64,000 nt of DNA, from NCBI GenBank assembly GCA_035250975.1, contig DATFEP010000067.1:1-64000 (forward strand). The letters are read 5' to 3'. The first letter of the stretch is position 1. Every line of letters begins with the position of its first letter. Source of the stretch: Nitrososphaeraceae archaeon. GTDB taxonomy: Archaea; Thermoproteota; Nitrososphaeria; Nitrososphaerales; Nitrososphaeraceae. Below the pieces are notes generated by a model. That model saw only the letters and a list, made by a program, of their open reading frames with translations, did not search any database and was not told where the DNA came from. Positions 19,889-29,859 of this stretch are shown one piece after another. The position numbers and the translations under genes are program-made.

Positions 19889-20908
19889 TTATTTTTGTAA
19901 TTTGTTTCTGCCAAATTGTAGGGGATTCTTTATTCCTTTACATTCATGAGTATAAAAACATAAATTCTCATTAGCAAGTTTGGAGCACGCAGGCACTGAA
20001 TATTTTGTTAAGCTGCCTCTTTGACCAGAGAGATGTTCTACTTGATATCGGGTTATCCGTTCATTAAAATCAGGAGCATTCTTGAATAAATCGATCACTT
20101 CTTCGCTGCCTTTACCGCAAGTTAGCATATATGTTGCTAAAAGAAATCTGGCAGAGTGTGGCAAATTTTCATTTTTATTTAGTAAGTCAATTGCATGATT
20201 AATACAGGGAGGATATTTTGAAGTTTTAGTTTGTAAATTCACTGGAAGAACTACCTTGTTTTTAATTGAATGTGCGTAAAAATTTATTGTATCAGGAAAT
20301 TTTACTATTTCCATTGTTTTTATTTTATTATATATCAGTATAGATAGTTCATTTCTAATAAGACGAACAGTCTCCTCAACATCCAGGTACACCAGTCCCC
20401 CGTTAACGGAGCGATTAATTAATTTCCAATCTTGTTCGTGAAATGAAGTTGATCTAACAAGATAATCTGAAATTCTCATTTTGAAAAGATTTGGAGTAAA
20501 CTCGTCCAAAACTATTTTAAGATCAAAAAGTTCATCAAAAATTTTCGAAATCAAAAGTTTTTTCTTTTTTACATCTTTTTCATGACGTAAGTCATCTATT
20601 AGAAACGATTCCACCCTCATTGCTTCTAGCAGACAATATTTTTTTGTAACAGATTCAATATTGATACATTTTATCATTATTAATGATATAAGAAACGTAA
20701 AGAGATCAATATCGTATTTTTCTAATTCGACAAAGACATTTCCAGTCAGTATTTCATGCTCTATTCTGTTTTTAGCTTTTTCCAAAATATGATTGAATTC
20801 AGGTCTAGCAAACTCGTCTATACCAAAATGAGTTTCTTTCACATACATACCTGCTTCCTTTAGAAAGGGATACTTTGCTAGATCATCTTTTCCCAATACA
20901 ATGCTCAA
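19889..20908 (-). CDS. priL: DNA primase large subunit
   Basis: KYPF, YPPCI, NLPHSARF, PDFNERITRYQVEH, C-terminal Fe-S Cys cluster. Confidence 0.93.
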   Translation of the reverse strand: MSIVLGKDDLAKYPFLKEAGMYVKETHFGIDEFARPEFNHILEKAKNRIEHEILTGNVFVELEKYDIDLFTFLISLIMIKCINIESVTKKYCLLEAMRVESFLIDDLRHEKDVKKKKLLISKIFDELFDLKIVLDEFTPNLFKMRISDYLVRSTSFHEQDWKLINRSVNGGLVYLDVEETVRLIRNELSILIYNKIKTMEIVKFPDTINFYAHSIKNKVVLPVNLQTKTSKYPPCINHAIDLLNKNENLPHSARFLLATYMLTCGKGSEEVIDLFKNAPDFNERITRYQVEHLSGQRGSLTKYSVPACSKLANENLCFYTHECKGIKNPLQFGRNKLQK

Positions 20909-20983
20909 TACATTATTAATAAATAAAGACCGAAATAAAAAACTACGTAACGATATTATCTACCGTACCAGCTCATTATCATT

Positions 20984-21862
20984 ATGAAAAATTTTGGGTT
21001 AAAAATTGGATTTCACGTTTCTATATCAGGATCAATTACCAACGCTATTATAAATGCTGAAGATCTTAATTGCACTGCTTTCCAAATATTTAGTAGAAAT
21101 CCACGTGGCTGGAATGCAAAACGATTAGGAGGAGAAGACATCCGCTCTTTTAAAAAAATGATTGATGAAAGCTATATTGATAAAAGATTTGTTATGGTTC
21201 ATATGCCTTATCTTCCTAATTTGGCATCTCCTGATGAAGAATCATATTATAAATCCAAAAGTACACTCTACGAGGAGATAACTAGATGCAGTTTACTCGG
21301 AATTTCTAGCATCGTTCTTCACCTTGGAAGTCATCTGGGTAGCGGTAAACAAAATGGTATTAACCAAATCGTCAATGCATGTAATTTTGCCACAGATACA
21401 TTTAAATCCACACATAAAAGACACGTTGCTCTAAATATTATATTGGAGAACAGTTCGGGTCAAAAAAATAGTATTGGTAGTAAATTTGAGGAAATTAGAG
21501 TTTTGTTAGATCAATTAAATGATAAGAAATATGCTGTTTGTTTGGATACCTGTCACGCATTTGCCGCAGGATATGATTTAAGAACTGAAGAGGAAGTAAT
21601 TAACGTCTTCAAAAAATTCGATGATATTATTGGATTAAGAAACCTTAAAGTATTGCATTTAAATGATTCTAAAGGTCAGCTCAATGAAAACAAAGACAGA
21701 CATGAACATATTGGACTTGGTTCAATAGGAAAACAAGGAATGAAGCAAATTTTAAAAATTAAATATCTTAAGCAAATCCCCATCATTATGGAAACTCCAG
21801 TTGATAATATAAGGGGCAACAAAGATAATATGAAAGCTGTCGTTGAACTGTTTAATAATTGA
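20984..21862 (+). CDS. nfo: Endonuclease IV
   Basis: GFHVSISG, QIFSRNPRGW, HMPYLPNLAS, CLDTCH, HLNDSK, DRHEHIG, METP. Confidence 0.95.
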   Translation: MKNFGLKIGFHVSISGSITNAIINAEDLNCTAFQIFSRNPRGWNAKRLGGEDIRSFKKMIDESYIDKRFVMVHMPYLPNLASPDEESYYKSKSTLYEEITRCSLLGISSIVLHLGSHLGSGKQNGINQIVNACNFATDTFKSTHKRHVALNIILENSSGQKNSIGSKFEEIRVLLDQLNDKKYAVCLDTCHAFAAGYDLRTEEEVINVFKKFDDIIGLRNLKVLHLNDSKGQLNENKDRHEHIGLGSIGKQGMKQILKIKYLKQIPIIMETPVDNIRGNKDNMKAVVELFNN

Positions 21863-21927
21863 TAGAAAATTGGAAAATTTGATTTTTGGACAGGAGATAG
21901 GAAAATTATATTGAGGATGAAGAATTA

Positions 21928-23385
21928 ATGACAAATTATGATACAATTATGAAGCTGTCGCTTGAGAGAGGTTTTTACTTTCCAAGTTCAGAGATTTATT
22001 CTGATGCCCCCGCAGGATTTTGGGATTACGGACCAAATGGAGTAAATTTAAAAAATAAATTCATAGAATTATGGAGAAAGGAATTGATTAGAACGGATGG
22101 TATGGTGGAAATCGATGGTTCTCAAATTATGAGTAAGAGTGTATTCAAGGCTTCTGGACATATTGATAATTTTTCAGATCCAGTAATAAAATGCATAAAA
22201 TGTAACCATACCCTACGAGCAGACAAGTACATAAACGAAAAAATCAATTTAAATATTCCAGAAGGATTAAAAAATGAAGAGATTGATACAATAATATTAA
22301 AAAATCAATTATTGTGTCCTAATTGTAGATCAAAATTTAAAAGTACAGAAAGATTTAATATGATGTTTAAAGTAGAAATAGGTCCAAATAAAGACGAAGC
22401 ATATCTTAGACCTGAAACATGTCAGACAATTTTTGTTGATTTTTCACGAATATTCAAAGTTATGCGAGGTAGATTTCCATTTGCAGTTGGACAAATAGGA
22501 AAGAGTTTTAGAAATGAAATAGCACCGAGACAAAGTCTTTTAAGACTAAGAGAGTTTTATCAAGCTGAAATAGAGATATTTTGTAACCCAAATAAATTAA
22601 ACAGTTTAGCGAAATTTGAAGAAATTAAAGACACAAATTTAAGAATTCAAATAGATTCAGAAATTAAAGAAATGACCGCAGAAGAGGCTTGGAAGAAAAA
22701 AATAATACCTAATAAATTAATTGGATATTACCTATCCCTGTTATGTTTATTTTATGAAAAAACAGGAATAAATATGAAAAAAACACGATTCAGAAAGTTA
22801 GCTGACGATGAAAAAGCATTTTATGCAAATATTGCTTTTGATTTTGAGGTTGAAACAAGTTTGGGTTGGTTAGAACTAGTTGCATGTAACTATCGTTCGG
22901 ATTATGATTTGAAACAACATTCATTATTGAGTAAGGAGAAGATGGAGGTTATAGACCCTGAGACTCAGGAAAAAATTCTTCCTCATGTATTTGAATTATC
23001 ATTAGGAATAGATCGAAGTGTATATACAATTTTGGAACATTCTTTTTTTCAAGATATAGATAATAAAAGAACGGTATTAAGATTAAATCCTCACCTAGCT
23101 CCAATTAGTATTGGAATTCTTCCTTTGATGAGAAATGAAGATATAGAAAATATTTCAAGACGCATTCACGATAATTTGAAAAGAAATTACGACACCTTTT
23201 ATGATGCTTCTGGTTCGATAGGAAGAAGATATAGAAGATTAGAAGAAATAGGTGTACCATATGCAATTACTATTGATCATACTAGTAAAACTGACAATAC
23301 TGTTACAATAAGGTATAGGGACACAATGAAACAGACAAGAATCAAAATAGATGAAATCAAGGATTTTTTCGATAAATCAATTTAA
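21928..23385 (+). CDS. glyS: Glycine--tRNA ligase (alpha2 type)
   Basis: DYGPNG, YLRPETCQ, GKSFRNEIAPRQ, SIGRRYRR. Confidence 0.96.
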   Translation: MTNYDTIMKLSLERGFYFPSSEIYSDAPAGFWDYGPNGVNLKNKFIELWRKELIRTDGMVEIDGSQIMSKSVFKASGHIDNFSDPVIKCIKCNHTLRADKYINEKINLNIPEGLKNEEIDTIILKNQLLCPNCRSKFKSTERFNMMFKVEIGPNKDEAYLRPETCQTIFVDFSRIFKVMRGRFPFAVGQIGKSFRNEIAPRQSLLRLREFYQAEIEIFCNPNKLNSLAKFEEIKDTNLRIQIDSEIKEMTAEEAWKKKIIPNKLIGYYLSLLCLFYEKTGINMKKTRFRKLADDEKAFYANIAFDFEVETSLGWLELVACNYRSDYDLKQHSLLSKEKMEVIDPETQEKILPHVFELSLGIDRSVYTILEHSFFQDIDNKRTVLRLNPHLAPISIGILPLMRNEDIENISRRIHDNLKRNYDTFYDASGSIGRRYRRLEEIGVPYAITIDHTSKTDNTVTIRYRDTMKQTRIKIDEIKDFFDKSI

Positions 23386-23422
23386 GTAGCACTTCTAATA
23401 TCAACCTCTAGAAAGACAAGAT

Positions 23423-23839
23423 ATGAAATTAGATAAAGAAAGAATAATGAACAACTGTAAGAAAGACGTTGAGAGAGATGACCTTGCTTTCGAGAAATGG
23501 GTTATCATGGTAAAAGATTATGAAAATCACCAAAAAAAAGATCCTAAAATTTTTATAAGACAATTTATGGCAGAGGGATATTATGAAGCATATGACATAG
23601 CAAGATCGTATGCAGAAAGGTCAAAACTGGAGATAATATGGTTTAAAGAAAAAAGGCTATGTCCTGAATATTATTCAAAGTATTTTCCTTGGCTAGAATA
23701 TTTTTGTACTTACTGCAATAGAAAATTTAATGATAAGGACCCGTTAGTTTGTAACATAAAAGGATGTCAAGCAATATTATGTTCTAGGAATTGTATTAAC
23801 AATCATATCCAATTAAGACATAAAGAAAATATAGACTAA
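23423..23839 (+). CDS. Hypothetical protein with C-terminal zinc finger
   Basis: CTYC...CNIKGC...CSRNC..NH....H. Confidence 0.75.
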   Translation: MKLDKERIMNNCKKDVERDDLAFEKWVIMVKDYENHQKKDPKIFIRQFMAEGYYEAYDIARSYAERSKLEIIWFKEKRLCPEYYSKYFPWLEYFCTYCNRKFNDKDPLVCNIKGCQAILCSRNCINNHIQLRHKENID

Positions 23840-23882
23840 GGTAGTTAGGAAGAGTAATACTAAAACTATAAAAAGAAGTAGA

Positions 23883-24482
23883 TCAGACTTTTATCAGTTC
23901 TGCATCAAAAAGCTGTTCTAGCAACTGTAATATTTCTTGTTCGATTTGTTGCCTTGGTAGTCCTAGTTGTTCTGAGAAGTGATCTGCTAATTGAGTGATG
24001 GTTTTTGTACCATCGCAAGAATCCCAAAATTTTACTATTGCATCATTTACCATAAAACTCTTGTTGTCATTGTTTATTAAGATGAAAGAACCATCTTCAC
24101 CTTTGGAAAACAAACCTTGTTTCTGTGGCTTCGCTGTTTCATAGTCAATCTGAAATCGAAGTTTTGGTTTACCAAAACCTAATCGTTCCCTTGCCTGAGG
24201 ATCCATTTTTTCGATTGTCCAGGGAGGATCCCATACTATATCCACATTTATATCACCAATACCATCTATTTTTTCCAAGTTTCGTTTTACATCACTCACC
24301 AAAGTATTGTGAAGAGGACATCCTCTTGTTGTCATCGTCATTTTAATATCAACATGATTTTTTTCATTCACGGTTACCCCATATATCAATCCCAGGTCAA
24401 CTATATTCACGGGTATTTCCGGATCCATACATTTCTTTAACTGACTATAAACTTGATCTTTAGTAACAATTTGAGATGACAT
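23883..24482 (-). CDS. DUF59/SufT Fe-S assembly domain fused to a PqqD-like (RRE) domain
   Basis: DPEIPVNIVDLGLIY, MTMTTRGCP, VWDPPW; C-terminal VND..VKFWDSCDGTKTI..L...EQEILQLLEQL..AELI. Confidence 0.85.
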   Translation of the reverse strand: MSSQIVTKDQVYSQLKKCMDPEIPVNIVDLGLIYGVTVNEKNHVDIKMTMTTRGCPLHNTLVSDVKRNLEKIDGIGDINVDIVWDPPWTIEKMDPQARERLGFGKPKLRFQIDYETAKPQKQGLFSKGEDGSFILINNDNKSFMVNDAIVKFWDSCDGTKTITQLADHFSEQLGLPRQQIEQEILQLLEQLFDAELIKV

Positions 24483-24531
24483 CTATAAAAAAATTATAGA
24501 GAAAGACGATAAAAATGTTATTGCATTTAAT

Positions 24532-25563
24532 TTATTTTGTATTCATCATCATTTTTATATTCCTTTTATAAGGAGGAAAAATGAGACCTTTTTCCGTTAT
24601 TATGGATGTGATAAGATCAGGAGGAGTAATATCAAACGCAGGATTTATTACTTTTATATTAGTAGGTGCAATTTTTTTTTCCCCTATCATTGTAACTTCT
24701 TCCTTAGAACGTTCTTCTATTACAATATCGTCAATATCATTCTTTAAATCAAAGCTAGATAATGGAGCAGCAACGTAAAACGGTATATTGTGGCTTTTAG
24801 CCAAAACAGCTATTTGGTAAGTTCCAATTTTGTTAAATACATGACCTGTATTCAAAATTCTGTCTGCACCCACTATAACATGTTTTATCCCTCCTTTTGT
24901 CATAAGATATCCAACCGCTGTGTCAGGAATGAGGCTAACATCAATATTGTCGTATTGCAATTCAAATGCCGTCAATCGAGAGCCCTGCATAACAGGTCTT
25001 GTTTCAGTAGCTATAACACGAATCTTCTTTCCAGATTCTTTAGCAGATCTTATTACACCTAATGCCGTTCCATATGCCACAGTTGCTAAAGATCCTGCAT
25101 TACAATGTGTCAATATGGTGTCACCATCTGAAAAAAGAATTTCTCCTATACTACCCATTGATCTATTAATAAAAATATCCTCTTCTGCCATTTGAATTGC
25201 TTCGTCTAACATGATTTCCTTCACTTTAGAAACGCTCTGAATATTTTGTATCTTTTGCATTAAACGATCGAGACCCCATTGAAGATTAATTGCGGTAGGC
25301 CTAGTTGCCCTAAGAAGGTTATATGCTTTGTTTAAATCTTTTAGTAATGACCCAATATTGCGTGAATTGCTTCTTCTAGCTGCAAGAACTAATCCAAAAG
25401 CTGCCGCTACTCCTATGGCAGGTGCACCTCTAACTATCATTTGTTTTATTGCTGCAGCAACATCTTTGTAGCTTTTACAATATACATATGATAACTTTGT
25501 AGGTAATTTAGTTTGATCAATTAATAATAGAGAATCGTCCTTCCATTGAACTGTAAGAAGCAT
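24532..25563 (-). CDS. mtnA: Methylthioribose-1-phosphate isomerase
   Basis: IDQTKLP, VRGAPAIG, TRPTAINL, THCNAGSLAT, ETRPVMQGSRLT, NPAFDITP. Confidence 0.93.
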   Translation of the reverse strand: MLLTVQWKDDSLLLIDQTKLPTKLSYVYCKSYKDVAAAIKQMIVRGAPAIGVAAAFGLVLAARRSNSRNIGSLLKDLNKAYNLLRATRPTAINLQWGLDRLMQKIQNIQSVSKVKEIMLDEAIQMAEEDIFINRSMGSIGEILFSDGDTILTHCNAGSLATVAYGTALGVIRSAKESGKKIRVIATETRPVMQGSRLTAFELQYDNIDVSLIPDTAVGYLMTKGGIKHVIVGADRILNTGHVFNKIGTYQIAVLAKSHNIPFYVAAPLSSFDLKNDIDDIVIEERSKEEVTMIGEKKIAPTNIKVINPAFDITPPDLITSIITEKGLIFPPYKRNIKMMMNTK

Positions 25564-25616
25564 ATTATTACCCTTCCTGTTAGACAATATGTGAAAAAGT
25601 AGAAATTTCACATATA

Positions 25617-27041
25617 TTAATTTAAAATATCTTCATGTTTTCCCAATCCAATTATCGAATATACGTTATTTGAATGACCTTCTCTATCGAGGATTCCTCT
25701 TCCATCATATATTGGAACGTCAGTTATATCACTAGCTATGGTCTTGTACTCTAAATGATCTGTTAAGATCATTATTAAATCTGTTTTTTCTATTGATTTA
25801 TAAAAATTGTTATAGAATGATGTATTTGGAAATTTTTTGATAGAATCGTCATTTTCAATTAACGGATCATGTACCCTTATTTCCTTAACTTTTAAAGTAT
25901 TTAATACCTTTATAACTTCATATGTTGGTGATAATCTTGTATCCGTTACACCTCCACGAAATGCTAGACCTAAAAGAGTAATTATCAGGTTGGTGCATTT
26001 TTTAGATCTTACTAACTTTAAAGCCTGTTTGACACAATACTTGGGCATAGTGTTATTTATTACTCTCCCTAACTTGGTCATTTTACTATCTATTCCAAGA
26101 TTCTTTGAACTATTTATTATAAATTGGGGGTATACCGGAATACATGCTCCTCCCACACCTACACCAGGTCTATGAATATGACAATAGGGCTGAGAGTTTG
26201 CAGCTGACCTCACTTCCCAGAAATCAATACCCAAATTTTCTGAATATATCGCCAGCTCATTTGCTAGAGCGATGTTTACATCCCTATAAACGCCTTCAAA
26301 TAATTTTTCAGTTTCAGCGGATTTTATGTTACTCATAGATATAATTCCTCTCTGATAAATTCTAGAGAAAAGTTTTGAGCCAAATATTAAACTTTTTTTT
26401 CCATATCCTGAAATAATTCCAGGATAATTTGATTCTATATCCTCTATAGCTCTTCCCTCATATATCCTCTCTGGATTGTAGACAACATAAAAATCATCTT
26501 CTACCTTCAATCCACTATATTTTTCTAATATTGGGACAACTAAAGCCTCTGTTGTCCCAGGAGGAACGCTTGGGTTAAGGGAGACAATATCATTTTTTTT
26601 CAAACCTTTAGCAATTTCTTTAGTTACTGTTTTGACAGCCATTAAATCAGCACTACCATCTGGGGCCAAGACAGGGACACATATCATCTTTAATAGTGAA
26701 TCACGTGATGCCTTGACCAAATCACTATATACAAAAAATCGTTTATTAAATATGCCTTCACTAAAAGCCTCACTAACTCCAGGTTCAGGAATGTTAGTTT
26801 TTCCTTTTTTTGCTAAATCCACAACTTTATTTGACTTATCAATCCCTATTACATATGCACCTGAGCGAAGCCAAGTAGCAGCAAGAGGAGATCCCACATG
26901 GCCTAATCCGTATATGGATATCTTATAGTGACCTGAAGATATTTTATTATCTAGTTCCAATAAAAATGAGTCGAAGTTAATTTGATCAAAATTCTTTTTT
27001 ACTTTTTTATTATTTGGTTTACTAATTTTTACATTATTCAT
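25617..27041 (-). CDS. Nucleotide-sugar dehydrogenase (UDP-ManNAc/GlcNAc 6-dehydrogenase-like)
   Basis: GLGHVG, NPER, AETEKLFEG.YRDVNIALANE, PGVGVGGACIP, LGLAFR. Confidence 0.92.
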   Translation of the reverse strand: MNNVKISKPNNKKVKKNFDQINFDSFLLELDNKISSGHYKISIYGLGHVGSPLAATWLRSGAYVIGIDKSNKVVDLAKKGKTNIPEPGVSEAFSEGIFNKRFFVYSDLVKASRDSLLKMICVPVLAPDGSADLMAVKTVTKEIAKGLKKNDIVSLNPSVPPGTTEALVVPILEKYSGLKVEDDFYVVYNPERIYEGRAIEDIESNYPGIISGYGKKSLIFGSKLFSRIYQRGIISMSNIKSAETEKLFEGVYRDVNIALANELAIYSENLGIDFWEVRSAANSQPYCHIHRPGVGVGGACIPVYPQFIINSSKNLGIDSKMTKLGRVINNTMPKYCVKQALKLVRSKKCTNLIITLLGLAFRGGVTDTRLSPTYEVIKVLNTLKVKEIRVHDPLIENDDSIKKFPNTSFYNNFYKSIEKTDLIMILTDHLEYKTIASDITDVPIYDGRGILDREGHSNNVYSIIGLGKHEDILN

Positions 27042-27162
27042 GATTTTTTAATTAATATTGCATTATTTGTTTTTTTTTACTATATACTGATTCCTAATGA
27101 ATGAAATTAATGGGATTTATTTTAATAACACAAGTATTTTATGACCCTCGCGTAATAATTGA

Positions 27163-28212
27163 GTGTTGTCGAGAACCAATTTTCAAGATCATACAATCTG
27201 TACTCTTGGATCTCACTGTTCTTTACAGGTTTTAAAAGGTGCCAAAGATGAGGGTTTTAAAACATTATTAATATGTGAGAAAAAAAGAGAAAATCTATAT
27301 CGAAGATTCTCATTCATTGACGATTTTATTATAGTTAATAAATTCAGAGATATATTGAAAGAAACGGTCTTTCAAAAATTACCCAATGAAAAAGTATACA
27401 TGATACCTCATGGGACGCTAATTTCTAATTTCCAGATAGACGAGATAGAGAATCTAGACGTGCCATTTTTTGGAAATAAATATATTCTCAGATGGGAGGC
27501 AGACAGAGAATTAAAACAAAAAATAATGCAGGAAGCAAAACTATCGACTCCAAGACCAATTAAAAACAAAAAGCTTATAAAAAAACTTTCAATCGTGAAA
27601 TTGCATGGAGCGGCAGGAGGTAAGGGATATTTTCTTGCGTGGAATGAAAGAAGTTTTCATGAGGCATGTAATAAATTAATTAAACAAAAAGTAATTAAAA
27701 GTGAGGATGATCTTTATATTCAAGAATATATTTTAGGTATTCCCGTTTATTTACAATTTTTTTATTCTCCGATAAAAAAAAATACAGAACTCATTGGTAT
27801 TGATAGAAGATATGAATCAGACATTGATGGCATAGGACGTGTTCCAGCACATATTCAACAAAATATTAAGTTGGATCCATCATACAACGTGATAGGAAAT
27901 TTTGCCCTTGTATTAAGAGAATCACTCTTACAAGACGTTTTTTTAATGGCAGATAGATTTGTGGATGTAACGAAAAAATTGGTATATCCAGGTATTCCAG
28001 GACCTTTCTGTCTTGAAGGTATTTATGATAGTGAGGGTAATTTCACGGTATTCGAGTTTTCAGCTAGAATTGTTGCAGGAACTAATCTCTTTATCAATGG
28101 ATCACCTTACTCTGATTTATTATTTGATGAGCCAATGAGCATGGGGAGAAGAATTGCAAGAGAGCTAAAAATAGCTATAAACACAAATATGCTCTCAAAA
28201 CTGGTTACATAG
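27163..28212 (+). CDS. purP: Formate-dependent AICAR formyltransferase (PurP family)
   Basis: TLGSHCSLQVLKGAKDEGF, PHGT, GGKGYF, FEFSARIVAGTN, MSMGRRIARE. Confidence 0.92.
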   Translation: MLSRTNFQDHTICTLGSHCSLQVLKGAKDEGFKTLLICEKKRENLYRRFSFIDDFIIVNKFRDILKETVFQKLPNEKVYMIPHGTLISNFQIDEIENLDVPFFGNKYILRWEADRELKQKIMQEAKLSTPRPIKNKKLIKKLSIVKLHGAAGGKGYFLAWNERSFHEACNKLIKQKVIKSEDDLYIQEYILGIPVYLQFFYSPIKKNTELIGIDRRYESDIDGIGRVPAHIQQNIKLDPSYNVIGNFALVLRESLLQDVFLMADRFVDVTKKLVYPGIPGPFCLEGIYDSEGNFTVFEFSARIVAGTNLFINGSPYSDLLFDEPMSMGRRIARELKIAINTNMLSKLVT

Positions 28213-28232
28213 TTTAATATCAGATTTATTTA

Positions 28233-28715
28233 TTAACCTCCCGTCATTTTAGTAAATTTATTAATCTTCTGCGTGGTAGATATATAATCCAAATTAGCCA
28301 GTGCCACTTCAGCAGATTTTCTTACTTCGCAGCTTTTATCATTCAATGCACGGGTTAGTGTTTCTCTCGCTTCCTCTGAGCCTATTACTCCTAAGGCTAT
28401 CGCTGCTTCATGTCGAACGAAAAAACTAGGGTCTTTATCTACTGCCTCACATAATGGTTTTATCCCGCTAGTAAACCCTAGCTGACCAAGAGAAAAAGCT
28501 GCTTCATGTCGCACCAATTTATCTAAATCATTTTTCAAAACAATGCTTATGGGTATTATAGATTCTTCACCTGCCATATCTGCAAATATACAGACAGCTC
28601 TAGTTCTAATGACGTGATCAGGATGAAAAAGTAAATTCCTGAAAAAATCTCTGTTATTGACGTTGAATTCGTTTTCCATCTTAGCAAGCATTAAAAGTCT
28701 CTCGTTACAATCCAT
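28233..28715 (-). CDS. HEAT-repeat protein with two His-Glu motifs (half-DOHH-like)
   Basis: LVRHEAAFSLGQ and FVRHEAAIALGVIG; about four HEAT repeats. Confidence 0.85.
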   Translation of the reverse strand: MDCNERLLMLAKMENEFNVNNRDFFRNLLFHPDHVIRTRAVCIFADMAGEESIIPISIVLKNDLDKLVRHEAAFSLGQLGFTSGIKPLCEAVDKDPSFFVRHEAAIALGVIGSEEARETLTRALNDKSCEVRKSAEVALANLDYISTTQKINKFTKMTGG

Positions 28716-28807
28716 CTTACTTGTCAGTTCAATATTTAGATATTTTTAAAAATTTAATTCTTATTAATTTTCATACGTTATTATACTGTTAAAAATATTA
28801 GTCTTTT

Positions 28808-29269
28808 ATGCGTGTAAGATATTGGCATCTTAACATTCAAGAAACACTTAAATGCAATTATCCACTGGAGAAAATAAATCACTGGGAAATAAAGTGCCTT
28901 TGTGGAGAATATCAGCATTTTGGAGTATTTTGGTTTAAGTATGGTACGCCTTTTGATAAAGAACCAGTTCATGGTATTTGTTTTTATTACAACGAAATAG
29001 AAGAAAAAATTGTAAAAGAATTAACAGAATATCTCTCAAGATTATTTGGTGGAAAGGTATTATTTAGACAGACTAGGGTTTTTCTTCAGGGATCCAAAGT
29101 ATTATTTGATCCTAAATCAATTGGAAAATTAGCTAATGATTTGAGTCTAAAATTTAATGTACCTGTAGAGATAACTATTGAATTAGAAAAAATATCAGAT
29201 GAAGAAATAACTGAAAACAATTTTAATTTTCCTGCTAAAAAGGCGTTGCCCATTGTAGGGACAGATTAA
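28808..29269 (+). CDS. Hypothetical protein
   Basis: 153-aa ORF with ATG, divergent from the HEAT gene. Confidence 0.8.
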   Translation: MRVRYWHLNIQETLKCNYPLEKINHWEIKCLCGEYQHFGVFWFKYGTPFDKEPVHGICFYYNEIEEKIVKELTEYLSRLFGGKVLFRQTRVFLQGSKVLFDPKSIGKLANDLSLKFNVPVEITIELEKISDEEITENNFNFPAKKALPIVGTD

Positions 29270-29325
29270 TTGTTTCAATAACTGTATTTTATACGTATTA
29301 GATTTTTTTCTTGACAAAAAATTTT

Positions 29326-29730
29326 TTAATTTCCTAGAATTGAATTTAATTTATTGACTAAAGTATACATACTTACAGGTTTACTTATAAAATCTAAGAC
29401 ATCCACTGAAGGAATTACTTTACTAAACTCTTCTTTATTGATTTCAAACGCTGTTATAAAAACTACTTTCATATCCGGATGATTTTCTTTTATTCTACGG
29501 AATAGTTCAAATCCATTTATCTTTGGCATCCTTATATCTGTAAGAACAAGGTCGTAGTAGTCAACAGGATTATTTTTTAATGAATTTAATGCTTCTTCTG
29601 CATCCATGAACGTGTTCACCTGAAATTTATTTTTGGATTCTAAACCTCTCTTAATAATTGACAAAATGTCTCTTTCATCATCAACAACCATTATTCGTGG
29701 TGGAATGTTCCTGCTCTTGGTGACACTCAC
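29326..29730 (-). CDS. Single-domain response regulator (receiver)
   Basis: MVVDDE, LTDIRMPKINGFEL, FITA, FISKP. Confidence 0.93.
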   Translation of the reverse strand: MSVTKSRNIPPRIMVVDDERDILSIIKRGLESKNKFQVNTFMDAEEALNSLKNNPVDYYDLVLTDIRMPKINGFELFRRIKENHPDMKVVFITAFEINKEEFSKVIPSVDVLDFISKPVSMYTLVNKLNSILGN

Positions 29731-29859
29731 GATAATTTTATCAATATTATCCTACTAAAAATGTTATCTATTTTCATGAAGTTTATTTTTTAAAATACGT
29801 TAATAATTTTGTGAATTATTTATGTAATATTGATATTACCGTAATTAACATCTAAGAAA

